Below are positions 1 through 8,889 of a DNA stretch of 26,905 bases, piece after piece. How positions within the stretch are numbered: the stretch's first letter is position 1; each line of letters starts with the position of its first letter. Source of the DNA: Candidatus Krumholzibacteriia bacterium (GTDB lineage Bacteria; Krumholzibacteriota; Krumholzibacteriia; LZORAL124-64-63); NCBI GenBank assembly GCA_036351155.1, contig JAZBOO010000175.1:1-26905 (forward strand). The letters are read 5' to 3'. Position numbers and translations under genes: made by a program. The notes below the pieces were generated by a model that had not been told where the DNA came from, did not search any database, and worked only from the letters and a program-made list of their open reading frames with translations.

Positions 1-596
1 CCCTCGGGCACGTTGGCCTCGATCACGATGGTATACCAGTTGTTCAGTTCCAGACCCTCGGCCACCATGGTTTTCTCGGCCCAGGTGGTCTGACCCTCAC
101 GGGCGAACAGATTGATCTTGCCGGGCTCGGCCCCGTTCTCGAAGCCCATGAACACGAAGCGTTCCTTGCCCGTGCTGTTGGGGCCGCCCTTCTTGTCCTT
201 GATGCCCCCCAGGAGAATGAACGCCGACCGGTTGTCGTCCGGCAGGATCTCCTTGATGTAGATATCGAAGCTCACGGTCACCACCAGGTCCTGGGCCTTC
301 TTCAGGCGATGGCTAAGGTAGGTGTTCAGGTCGGGGGGACCCTTGATCATGGCCTTGTGGGTGGCATTGCCGCCGATCTTCTTGGTGCTCAGCATGAGCA
401 GCTTGCTGCCCTCTTCGGTGTCCTTGCGGCTCTCGTACCAGTCGCTGCCCTTGCCGTCCTTGCGCAGCTGGGCGCCGTTCTTGTGACCTTCGAAATCCCC
501 GTCCACCACCAGGTCGGTGGCAAGGGCGGGAAGGGCCATGGACAGAACGGACAGCAAGAACAGGGGCAGCAGGACAGCGGGGAATCGGGATTTCAT
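1..596 (-). CDS. Secreted hypothetical protein, probably beta-sandwich/ConA-like (3' end beyond window)
   Basis: Hand translation from ATG at 596: MKSRFPAVLLPLFLLSVLSMALPALA-TDLVVDGDFEG...VTVSFDIYIKEI...GLELNNWYTIVIEANVPEG, open to base 1. Sec signal ending ALA; GGAG SD at 602-605 on minus. Missing from the ORF track because it has no stop in the window. Fold is inference. Confidence 0.75.
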   Translation of the reverse strand, partial: MKSRFPAVLLPLFLLSVLSMALPALATDLVVDGDFEGHKNGAQLRKDGKGSDWYESRKDTEEGSKLLMLSTKKIGGNATHKAMIKGPPDLNTYLSHRLKKAQDLVVTVSFDIYIKEILPDDNRSAFILLGGIKDKKGGPNSTGKERFVFMGFENGAEPGKINLFAREGQTTWAEKTMVAEGLELNNWYTIVIEANVPE

Positions 597-789
597 GGTG
601 TCTCCGGGCGGTTCGGGCCGCCAGTCTTGGTCAAGGGTTCTCATGGGAAACGGGAATATACCACGACATATGTTGCAGAACAGTCACAGATGATCAGACT
701 CCCCAGAATTATCCAGGTTGAGGATTGGCCCCGTTTTTGTTAATTATGGGCCTTCAAGCCGGATCACCACCCCCTCCCAGGTAGGACCC

Positions 790-2637
790 ATGAGCGCCGA
801 AGTCCAGCACGACAAGATCGCCGTCATCGATTTCGGCGGCCAGTACGCCCATCTGATCGCCACCAAGGTGCGCCGCAGTCACGTGCTGGCAGAGATCCGC
901 CAGCCGGAAGACCCCATCGGGGACTTCCTGGACTACCAGGGCATCATCCTGTCCGGCAGCCCCGCCCTCAGTTCGTTCGGGGAGGATTCGGGCTACACCA
1001 AGGAAATCTACGACCTCGACATTCCCATCCTGGGCTTCTGCTTCGGGCACCAGGAAATTGCCAAGCACTACGGCGGCACCGTGGTCAACGGCAAGCAGGA
1101 GTGGGGCCATGCCGATCTGCACATCCTGCGAGAGCATCCCCTCTTCGCGGGCCTGGATCAGGTGGAGCAGGTGTGGATGAGCCATTTCGACAGCGTCACG
1201 GCCGTGGGCCCCGATTTCGAGGAGCTGGGCTACACTCTCCTGGGCGAGGGCAGCGCACCCCACCACTTCGCCGCCATCGGCAGCGACAAGTGGCGGCGCT
1301 ACGGTTTCCAGTACCATCCCGAGGTGGACGACACCCTGCACGGCGACGAGATGATCGCCAACTTCGTTTTGAACATTTGCGGTTGCCGTCCCACCTGGAC
1401 CATGGACAGCTATGTGGAAGAACAGGTGCAGAAAATTCGCGAACAAGTGGGCGACGGCTCGGTGTTCCTGCTGGCCAGTGGCGGCGTGGACAGCACGGTG
1501 GCCGCCAAGCTGTTCGCCGAGGCCCTGGGCCCCGACCGTCTGAACCTGCTGCACGTGGACAATGGCCTCATGCGCAAGGACGAATCGAAGGCCGTGGTCG
1601 AGATGTTCACCGACCTGGGCCTGGGCAAGAATTTCCATTTCATCGACGCCACCGACACTTTTCTTGAGGCCCTCGAGGGCAAGATCGAGCCCGAGGCGAA
1701 GCGCCGCGCCATCGGCGATACTTTCATCGCCGTGTTCGAAAGTGAAGCCCGCCGCCTGGGCATCGAGGATCACCTGCTGGGCCAGGGGACCATCTACCCC
1801 GACACCATCGAAACCGGCGGCACAAAGCGCGCCGACACCATCAAGACCCACCACAACCGCGTGCCCATCATCGAGGAGATGATCCAGGCCGGCAAGGTCA
1901 TCGAACCGCTGGCCGACCTGTACAAGGTCGAGGTGCGCGAGCTGGGTGAGAAGATGGGGATTCCCCACGATATGATCTGGCGCCATCCCTTCCCCGGCCC
2001 CGGCCTGGGTGTGCGCCTGCTGTGTGCCGATGGTCAGGTGTCCGATGCCGAGCAACTGGCCGCCATCGGGCCTGCCGTGAGCCAGGCCCTGGAAAAGTAT
2101 GGCCTCACCGGGGCGCCCCTGCCCATCAAATCGGTGGGGGTGAAGGCCGACCTGCGCAGCTACGAGCACCCTGTTTTGCTGCACCAGCCTCAAGGTGGCG
2201 AACCCGCCTGGGACCGGCTGGCCGAGGCATCGGGCACCATCCACAAGACCGTGGGAGGCATCAACCGCACGCTGCTGAACCTGGGAGCGGCCCTGCCGAG
2301 CCGTTTCCGGTCGCTGCCGGCCACCATGACCCGCGACCGCCTGGATCTGCTGCGGGAGTGCGATTTCCTGATGATGGAAGGCCTGCGGCGCCATGGTCTA
2401 TACGGCGACATCTGGCAGTGCCCCACGGTGCTGGTGCCTCTGGAAATCGATGGCCAGGGCCAGGAACTGTGCATCCTGCGCCCCATTCACAGCGAGCGGG
2501 CCATGACCGCCACCGCGGCCCGATTGCCCGGGGCCCTTCTTGAGGAATTGCGTGCCTCCATTCTGGCTTTGCCGGGGATCAGCGGGCTGGCCTACGATCT
2601 GACCAGCAAACCGCCGGGAACCATCGAATGGGAATAG
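790..2637 (+). CDS. guaA: GMP synthase (glutamine-hydrolysing), long form, 615 aa
   Basis: Class I GATase motifs DFGGQY, GFCFGHQ, QYHPE; PP-loop SGGVDS; QGTIYPD, IKTHHN, RHPFPGPGL; C-terminal YDLTSKPPGTIEWE. ATG 790 preceded by AGGA. Confidence 0.97.
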   Translation: MSAEVQHDKIAVIDFGGQYAHLIATKVRRSHVLAEIRQPEDPIGDFLDYQGIILSGSPALSSFGEDSGYTKEIYDLDIPILGFCFGHQEIAKHYGGTVVNGKQEWGHADLHILREHPLFAGLDQVEQVWMSHFDSVTAVGPDFEELGYTLLGEGSAPHHFAAIGSDKWRRYGFQYHPEVDDTLHGDEMIANFVLNICGCRPTWTMDSYVEEQVQKIREQVGDGSVFLLASGGVDSTVAAKLFAEALGPDRLNLLHVDNGLMRKDESKAVVEMFTDLGLGKNFHFIDATDTFLEALEGKIEPEAKRRAIGDTFIAVFESEARRLGIEDHLLGQGTIYPDTIETGGTKRADTIKTHHNRVPIIEEMIQAGKVIEPLADLYKVEVRELGEKMGIPHDMIWRHPFPGPGLGVRLLCADGQVSDAEQLAAIGPAVSQALEKYGLTGAPLPIKSVGVKADLRSYEHPVLLHQPQGGEPAWDRLAEASGTIHKTVGGINRTLLNLGAALPSRFRSLPATMTRDRLDLLRECDFLMMEGLRRHGLYGDIWQCPTVLVPLEIDGQGQELCILRPIHSERAMTATAARLPGALLEELRASILALPGISGLAYDLTSKPPGTIEWE

Positions 2638-2657
2638 CAGCAACAACTTATCCGAAC

Positions 2658-2690
2658 AAAAGCCCCCTGTTTTGGGGGCTTTTTATTTTT
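2658..2690 (+). terminator. Intrinsic terminator after guaA (could be bidirectional)
   Basis: AAAAGCCCCC-tgtttt-GGGGGCTTTT perfect stem followed by TATTTTT. Confidence 0.9.
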
Positions 2691-2796
2691 CTCAACACGT
2701 TCAAAATAGAATTCGTTTTTTGAGTTTTTGAGGTTAGGTTTCCCTCTCACGGGAAGGGTGGCCTTCTCTTTTTTTTTTACATCCGGGAGGACGAAG

Positions 2797-3273
2797 ATGA
2801 AGAAGATTTTCATTTCCATGATGATAGCGGCCAGCCTGGCCCTGCTCGCGGGCTGCGGGGACGATGACAATCCCGCCAATCCCGGCGGAGGCGATGACAA
2901 CAACTTTGACGGAGGAACCATCACCGCCACCCTCGACGGCACGGCCGTGGATTTCAGTGAGAACGCCGCCGGGGTCGATGAAGACCCGGGCTGGTACACC
3001 TTTGCCGGCGGGAACCAGGGCGCCGGGGAGACCATCATCGTCACCTTGCCCGCGGCCACCGGCACCTATGGCCTGGGCGATCCTGGCGACCCCTCCATCC
3101 AGCTGGTGTACAACAGCATGGCCTGGTTTGCCGTCAGCGGCACGCTGACCGTCTCCTCGGTGAGCGATGATGACATTGCCGGCACCTTTGCCGGGACCTT
3201 CGAGGACATCATGAGCAACACCTTGGTGCTGACCGCCGGCAGCTTCGATGTCCCCATCGTGCGCGCTCCCTGA
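2797..3273 (+). CDS. Lipoprotein, acidic and beta-rich, unknown function (158 aa)
   Basis: GGGAGG SD at 2785-2790; MKK plus hydrophobic stretch and lipobox LAG-C, then GDDDNPANPGGG linker and beta-strand-like repeats (TLTVSSVSDDDIAGTFAGTF). Confidence 0.85.
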   Translation: MKKIFISMMIAASLALLAGCGDDDNPANPGGGDDNNFDGGTITATLDGTAVDFSENAAGVDEDPGWYTFAGGNQGAGETIIVTLPAATGTYGLGDPGDPSIQLVYNSMAWFAVSGTLTVSSVSDDDIAGTFAGTFEDIMSNTLVLTAGSFDVPIVRAP

Positions 3274-3296
3274 TTCCGTTTTCCAGATTTCTCGCT

Positions 3297-3326
3297 AGCC
3301 CCCGCCTTCATGGTGGGGGCTTTCTT
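3297..3326 (+). terminator. Intrinsic terminator after the lipoprotein gene
   Basis: AGCCCCCGCC-ttcat-GGTGGGGGCT stem (one G:U) followed by TTCTT. Confidence 0.75.
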
Positions 3327-3406
3327 CCGGGACCACTGGACCCCCGCGCCAATCGTTTGTACCATGGACCCGTTGCCCCCCGATCTTTTCCCCTCTGGAG
3401 TGTCTC

Positions 3407-4417
3407 ATGTCCCAACCCTGGTCTGACCATCCCCACGCCCTGGCCCTCGACACCGCCATCTTCGCCGTGCGCGATGCCGGCCGGCTGTGCCGCGAAGTCC
3501 AGGCCAGCATCGACCGTGGAGCCCTGGAAAAGAAGGACAGGAGCCCGGTCACCGTGGCCGACTTCGGCAGTCAGGCCCTGATCTGTCGCGCCCTGACCAG
3601 GGCCTTCGGTCCTGTGCCCATCATCGGCGAGGAAGATTCGGCGGCTCTGCGCGAGCCAGGCAACGAGGCCTTGCTGGAAAGGGTCACCAGCGTGGTGGCC
3701 GCCCAGCGCCCGGGAACCGATGCCGAAACTGTTTGCCAGTGGATCGACCTGGGGGGAGCCAAGGAATACTCGGACCGCTTCTGGACCCTGGATCCCATCG
3801 ATGGCACCAAGGGGTTTCTGCGGGGAGAGCAGTACGCCATCAGTCTGGCCTTGATTGTTGAAGGACAAATCGCCGTGGCGGTGGTGGGCTGCCCCAACCT
3901 GGGGCCCGAACTGCAGGGAGACCGCGGCCAGGGCACCTTGATGGCCGCCATCCGAGGGGACGGCGTCTGGCAAATGCCCCTGATGGGAGAGGGAACACCC
4001 CGGCCGGTCCGGGTCAGCACCCAGACCGACACCACCCGGATCCGGTTCTGCGAGTCGGTGGAGGCCGCCCACAGCAGCCACGGCGATGCGGCCCGGATTG
4101 CCCAGAAGCTGGAGATCGCCGCCGAACCCGCCCGGCTGGACAGCCAGGCCAAGTACGCCGTGGTGGCGCGTGGCGAGGCCGAGGCCTATCTGCGTCTGCC
4201 CCGGGACGGAAAATACAAGGAGAAGATCTGGGATCACGCCGGAGGTGTCCTGGTGGTCACCGAGGCCGGCGGCCAGGTGACCGACATCCAGGGACGGCCT
4301 CTCGATTTCACCCGGGGCTACCGCCTGGAAGACAACCTGGGAGTCATCGTCACCAACGGACATGTGCACGAATCCGTCATCAGCACCATCGATGCGCTGG
4401 GCATTGGACGCTTCTGA
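3407..4417 (+). CDS. 3'(2'),5'-bisphosphate nucleotidase, HAL2/Met22 type (inositol monophosphatase superfamily)
   Basis: KDRSPVTVADFGSQA, GEED, WTLDPIDGTKGFLRGEQYA, RLDSQAKY and EKIWDHAGG motifs; GGAG SD. Confidence 0.93.
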   Translation: MSQPWSDHPHALALDTAIFAVRDAGRLCREVQASIDRGALEKKDRSPVTVADFGSQALICRALTRAFGPVPIIGEEDSAALREPGNEALLERVTSVVAAQRPGTDAETVCQWIDLGGAKEYSDRFWTLDPIDGTKGFLRGEQYAISLALIVEGQIAVAVVGCPNLGPELQGDRGQGTLMAAIRGDGVWQMPLMGEGTPRPVRVSTQTDTTRIRFCESVEAAHSSHGDAARIAQKLEIAAEPARLDSQAKYAVVARGEAEAYLRLPRDGKYKEKIWDHAGGVLVVTEAGGQVTDIQGRPLDFTRGYRLEDNLGVIVTNGHVHESVISTIDALGIGRF

Positions 4418-4454
4418 TGGTACACTGACGGCGAACCCAAACCAGAGGAAGACC

Positions 4455-4814
4455 ATGTCCAAGAAGCCCATGATTGTATTCGAAGCCAGCCGGGACGAAG
4501 CGCGCCAGGCCTGGATCTACCAGGCCAGGGGCAAGTTCATAGGCTGTGAAATTTGTTATGATTTTCTGGAAGAGGCGCGCGACAACATCACCGAAGCCAT
4601 GCCCCACGTGGTGATGGAACTGTCGGGCATCACCATGCTCAACAGCACGGGCATTGGCGTGATCGCCTCGCTGTACAACACCACCAAGGCGGTGGGTGGT
4701 CAGGTCTACGTGATCGGCGCCAGCGACAATGTCCAGCGCCCCATCTCGGCCACGCACCTGTGGGAGTTCTTGAAAAAGGGCGACAGCCTGAAAGATTTGC
4801 CTGCCGCCCTTTGA
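4455..4814 (+). CDS. STAS domain protein (anti-sigma factor antagonist-like), 119 aa
   Basis: VVMELSGITMLNSTGIGVI matches the STAS D/N-S-S/T-G phosphoacceptor motif; GAGGA SD before ATG 4455. Confidence 0.82.
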   Translation: MSKKPMIVFEASRDEARQAWIYQARGKFIGCEICYDFLEEARDNITEAMPHVVMELSGITMLNSTGIGVIASLYNTTKAVGGQVYVIGASDNVQRPISATHLWEFLKKGDSLKDLPAAL

Positions 4815-4828
4815 TGATCGAGCACCGG

Positions 4829-5464
4829 TCAGGGGCAGGCCACACCCCACCCCTGAGCCATCAGGGCGACATCGCTCAGGTTGATCACACCGTCGCGATA
4901 CAGGTCTGCGCGGAAATCGTAATCCTCGTAATAGATTTCCGAAAAGTACGCCAGATCGGCCAGGTTGACCACCCCGTCCCCGGTCAGATCGGGGCTGTTG
5001 AAGTTCAGGGGCAGGTCCCCGGTGCCCCAGCTGTCCCCGGAAACAAACACCGCGGCCGACCCCAGACTGGAGCCCCCCGCCTGTAAAGGCTCGATCCAGT
5101 AGGACAGACCGGTTTCGTCGGTGTTCACGTCCGCGATCGTGCCGCCAAGACAGGCCACCAGACCCCCATCTTCCGATTCAATCCAGAGATCCTCGGCCGG
5201 AAAATTCACCACCGGCTCTTCGCCCCAGTCGATCACTTTCACAAACAAGGTCCCGTCGACATGGGTACCATCAGGCAGCTGAGCTTCGGTGAAAGCGGAC
5301 CCCTGGCCGTCGGGCCGGACCATCAGGGTCAGAACCTCGGGCCCCTCGTAGGCCAGCCAGGCCTCACAATTGGACAGGTCGGGAATCCCGGACTGAGCAA
5401 AGAGGGGAGCAGCCCAGAGCAGGACTGCCATCCCCAGGAAGATAACGTGTTTCGGCGTCTTCAT
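4829..5464 (-). CDS. Secreted protein with C-terminal dockerin-like/EF-hand-like double repeat (paralog 1), 211 aa
   Basis: Signal peptide ending LFA; C-terminal DLTGDGVVNLAD...DLYRDGVINLSD...CP; GGAGGG SD. Confidence 0.85.
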   Translation of the reverse strand: MKTPKHVIFLGMAVLLWAAPLFAQSGIPDLSNCEAWLAYEGPEVLTLMVRPDGQGSAFTEAQLPDGTHVDGTLFVKVIDWGEEPVVNFPAEDLWIESEDGGLVACLGGTIADVNTDETGLSYWIEPLQAGGSSLGSAAVFVSGDSWGTGDLPLNFNSPDLTGDGVVNLADLAYFSEIYYEDYDFRADLYRDGVINLSDVALMAQGWGVACP

Positions 5465-5484
5465 TTCCAATCCCTCCAGTCGGC

Positions 5485-6111
5485 TCACGGACAATGAGCC
5501 AGGTACCCTTCGGCGAACAAGGCAAAATCGGACAGATTGATTGTCCCATCAAAATTGAAATCGGCCCGGTAGTCGTAGGTGCCGAAGAAGTCGCCGGCAA
5601 ACAGGGCCAGATCCGTCAGAGTCACGGTCAGGTCCGCGTTGAGATCCGGACTGTTGAAGTGCAGCGGCAGACCGGGACCGGGCATGGGCATCCCGTTGAC
5701 CATCACCTGGCAGTTTGCTGAACTGTGACCGCCGGCATTGAGTGGCTGGGACCAGGTGGTCTGGCCGTTCTGGTCGGTGTCATGGTCGGCCATGGTGCCC
5801 AGGGGGCAATAGACCAGTCCATTGTCCACCGACTCGAGCCAGAGATCCTCACGGGGATAGCCGGTAATCGGATCGTTGTTTCCGTCGCGCAAGTCCAGGG
5901 TGATGGTCGCATCAACCTCGTAGCCCCAGGGATTGAAGGCCTCGTTCAGTGCCGGTCCCGCCCCATTGGGATACACGCACAAGGATGCTTCACCCTCGAA
6001 GTCCACGGTGACCGAGGATTCGTAGAGGTCGGGGCCCCAGTCGGCCAGAGCGGGTACGGCGAACAGGGCAACGAACAGCATCATCACAGAAGTCATGGCA
6101 CGAGATCTCAT
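5485..6111 (-). CDS. Secreted protein with C-terminal dockerin-like double repeat (paralog 2), 208 aa
   Basis: Signal peptide ending ALA; DLNADLTVTLTD...DFNFDGTINLSD...CP; AAGGGGA SD. Confidence 0.85.
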   Translation of the reverse strand: MRSRAMTSVMMLFVALFAVPALADWGPDLYESSVTVDFEGEASLCVYPNGAGPALNEAFNPWGYEVDATITLDLRDGNNDPITGYPREDLWLESVDNGLVYCPLGTMADHDTDQNGQTTWSQPLNAGGHSSANCQVMVNGMPMPGPGLPLHFNSPDLNADLTVTLTDLALFAGDFFGTYDYRADFNFDGTINLSDFALFAEGYLAHCP

Positions 6112-6180
6112 GACATCCCCCTTCGTTTCAGTTATGGCGTTGTTCAGGGGTTGACATGAGATTACCACATTTGCGGGTGA

Positions 6181-6213
6181 AAAGATAGAGGCGGCCCGAA
6201 AAAGGCCGCCTCT
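6181..6213 (-). terminator. Intrinsic terminator after paralog 3
   Basis: AGAGGCGGCC-cgaaaaa-GGCCGCCTCT perfect 10-bp stem (6187-6213); on the minus strand it is followed by ATCTTTT. Confidence 0.8.
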
Positions 6214-6238
6214 TTGAACCGGAAATCGGTTTGATCAC

Positions 6239-6856
6239 TCACGGACAAACAGTCTGATACCCCGTGGCGAAGATGGCCAGGTCCGAAAGGTTGATGATTC
6301 CGTCGTTGTTGAAATCACCCCGATAGTGATAGGCGCCGAAGAAGTTCCCCGCAAACAGGGAGAGATCGGACAGATCAACCGTCAGGTCACCGTTGATATC
6401 GGGACTGTTGAACTTCAAAGGCAAACCCGCACCGATCAAAGCGGAGCCGGCCACCATCACATGGCAGGCCGCCTGGCTGTACCCGCCCGCCCTCAGCGGC
6501 TGGGTCCAGGTGGTCTCGCCATTCATGTCCGTTTCACTATCAGCCATGACCCCCAGGACACAGGAGACCAATCCTCCGTCCGCGGTTTCCAGCCAGAGGT
6601 CTTCCCAGGGAAAATTGGGCACGGGGATATCCTGGCTGTTGCGCAGAGCAAGGGTGATCGTCGCATCGACAGTGACGCCACCGTCGCCATAGGCTTCGGT
6701 CAAGGGCAGTCCGTTTCCGTCGGGATAGACGTAAACAGAAGCTTCCCCCTCGAAACCAACCGTTGCGTTGGACAGGGCCAGATCAGGAACATCGGTGGCC
6801 CAGGCTTGCGGAGCGAGCAAGATGAGCAGGCACAGAGCCGTGGAAATGAGTTTCAT
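6239..6856 (-). CDS. Secreted protein with C-terminal dockerin-like double repeat (paralog 3), 205 aa
   Basis: Signal peptide ending AWA; DINGDLTVDLSD...DFNNDGIINLSD...CP; AAGGGGGGA SD. Confidence 0.85.
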   Translation of the reverse strand: MKLISTALCLLILLAPQAWATDVPDLALSNATVGFEGEASVYVYPDGNGLPLTEAYGDGGVTVDATITLALRNSQDIPVPNFPWEDLWLETADGGLVSCVLGVMADSETDMNGETTWTQPLRAGGYSQAACHVMVAGSALIGAGLPLKFNSPDINGDLTVDLSDLSLFAGNFFGAYHYRGDFNNDGIINLSDLAIFATGYQTVCP

Positions 6857-6956
6857 GATTCCCCCCTTTGGTAGGTATAGCAAGACTTCGCACCATGCTG
6901 ATGATACAGTATTGACAAAAATAAATAAAGAGGGTCGGGCCAGTATTCCGTCAAAT

Positions 6957-8747
6957 TCAAGAATGCGAGCTGACGGAACACGGGGCAATCTTGTCCAGCT
7001 CCACCTTCAGATTTTCCAGCCGCTGGGTGAAAGCCTCCTGGCTTCCGCTGACCAGCCGGGACGCCGTGTCCCGATAATGCTGGATTCCCTTGAGCAGGTT
7101 GTCCCTCACCTTGTCGGTGTCGCAGTTGCACGAGGCCAGATCCAGGCCGCGGCGCGCCGCTTCCTTTTTGAGGCCATCCAGATGCAAGGCCAGTTCCTTG
7201 AGGAACATGTGGGGACGCTCGGTCTTGAAAGGCAGTTGCAGACGGCCGTAAATGTGGTCGACCATCTCCTGCAGCTTGGCCGGGCGGGAAAAATACACGG
7301 TGTTGGGTCCACAGCACACGGCGGTCTTGGCATCGAGATCGATGCTGTGCGGCACCGTCGCGCTTCCGGCCAGGTCGTGACAGATGCAGGCCTTGGCTGT
7401 CACCTGATCAGTGAGAGCCTGAAGCTGGGCATCATCACCCTCCAGCGATTGAAGCTTGCGGCGCTGATAGGCGCGACTTGCCGTGCAGATGGGCACCTTG
7501 GTGAATTCTGTGTTGCTGACCAGGAAGCCCTTCGGACAGGCACTTCCCGGCTTGCCCTCCTCGATACGATGCAGGCGCTGAACTTCGCTCTCCGAGGTCT
7601 TGAGACACCAGAAAGGGACGCCCAGGGGTGAGGCCTCGCTCAGGTGCACATCGTCCTCGCCGGCGGCCACAATGCGGTCCAGATGGCTCTGGTCGATGTT
7701 CACCACTTCCGGCACCAGCAGAAACGGACTGGCCCAGCCGGTGCCGTCGACTCCATAGTCCTTGACCAGCATTTGGCTTTCCTCGGCCGTGCCAATTCCC
7801 CCCTGCACTGTGACGCGGAATCCCAGGGGCGAGCCGGGCGCCGTACGGCCCAGGTTGTTCAAGCCGGTCACCCAGATCTCGTGGAGCTGGTCGCGCAGAT
7901 GTTGGCGCTGGTCGCGGAAATCCTGCAGGACCGGCCCCAGCAGTGTGCCCTTGCCGCCAAAAGCGTGGCCTCCGCAGTTCAATCCGGATTCGATACGGTA
8001 CTCACTGACCCACAATCCCTGACGAGCCAGCAGCTTGCCCTGGATCAAGGCCGAGCGGAAATCGCTGACCTTCAGAACGATGCGTTTGCGGATTTCCCCG
8101 GTTTCATCGGGAAAGAAATCGCCGAATTCGGTCAGGTAACCGAACAGCTTGCGGTTCATGCCCGCGGAAAGAATGAGGGAGGACTGCAGCCTGCTCTGGG
8201 CATATCCCCGCAGCGCACTCATGGCATCGGAGAACTTGGGGCCCAGATCCTGGCCCTTGCTGAGCTTGGCGCGGTCCAGCTTGGTCATGATGTTCACATC
8301 GATGCCGCCAGGCCTGATCATCCCACGCAGCCTGTCCTGCAAACTTTCGCGTTCCTCGGGATCCGGCGTGGTCTGCATTTTCTGATACAGGCTGCGCAGC
8401 GGAGAATCGGGCAGCATCTCGAAGTACTTGCTGATTTCACTGCCGGTCTCGAACAGGGAAGTGCGCATCTTCTCGACCTGTCGTTCGACCACCTCGTCCA
8501 TCATGTTCAGATAGCTGGTGATGCGATGGGCCCTGCTGTCCGGTGCGTTCTCGGGAATCTCCTCGAACTCCAGGCCGCGGTCTCGAGAGAGACGTTGCCG
8601 CATCTGCTCGATCAGCACATCATCCACCAGGGAAACCACCGAGCTGATCCCGTACTTGGCGACCTTGAGCGGCGTATCGATGGTGAACCCGGTACCCATG
8701 ACCGGGATGTAAAACTTGTGGACGGAATTCATCAAGGGGTGACCCAT
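6957..8747 (-). CDS. Conserved hypothetical protein, putative FMN-linked TIM-barrel oxidoreductase (NMO/FabK/FabX-like) with Cys-rich C-terminus, ~596 aa
   Basis: IESGLNCGGHAF (cf. E-x-GGH), TVQGGIG, DGTGWASPFLLVPE, EDDVHLSEASPLGVP, then CPKG..C..CIC..CCGPN. Start could also be ATG 8732. Family assignment is by motif resemblance only. Confidence 0.65.
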   Translation of the reverse strand: MGHPLMNSVHKFYIPVMGTGFTIDTPLKVAKYGISSVVSLVDDVLIEQMRQRLSRDRGLEFEEIPENAPDSRAHRITSYLNMMDEVVERQVEKMRTSLFETGSEISKYFEMLPDSPLRSLYQKMQTTPDPEERESLQDRLRGMIRPGGIDVNIMTKLDRAKLSKGQDLGPKFSDAMSALRGYAQSRLQSSLILSAGMNRKLFGYLTEFGDFFPDETGEIRKRIVLKVSDFRSALIQGKLLARQGLWVSEYRIESGLNCGGHAFGGKGTLLGPVLQDFRDQRQHLRDQLHEIWVTGLNNLGRTAPGSPLGFRVTVQGGIGTAEESQMLVKDYGVDGTGWASPFLLVPEVVNIDQSHLDRIVAAGEDDVHLSEASPLGVPFWCLKTSESEVQRLHRIEEGKPGSACPKGFLVSNTEFTKVPICTASRAYQRRKLQSLEGDDAQLQALTDQVTAKACICHDLAGSATVPHSIDLDAKTAVCCGPNTVYFSRPAKLQEMVDHIYGRLQLPFKTERPHMFLKELALHLDGLKKEAARRGLDLASCNCDTDKVRDNLLKGIQHYRDTASRLVSGSQEAFTQRLENLKVELDKIAPCSVSSHS

Positions 8748-8889
8748 ATCTATACCTGCGCGAAGGGGACCGTGGTCCCGGGGAGAGGTCGATTCATACT
8801 CACAATGTAGCCGACCCTTAAATCCTGGCAAGAACTACTGTGAACCCGCATTATTCCCAAAAGTGCCCCTCTGGCAAGAAAGGATTTCC

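Noticed and set aside
309..743. 144 aa + strand ORF
   Set aside because: Antisense shadow of the minus-strand secreted protein starting at 596, which has an SD and a signal peptide.
754..2394. 546 aa antisense ORF, and similar ones at 3308-4471, 7644-8810, 11486-12682, 12717-13805 and 24470-26392
   Set aside because: Shadow frames of well-supported genes caused by GC-rich codon bias; no recognisable motifs.
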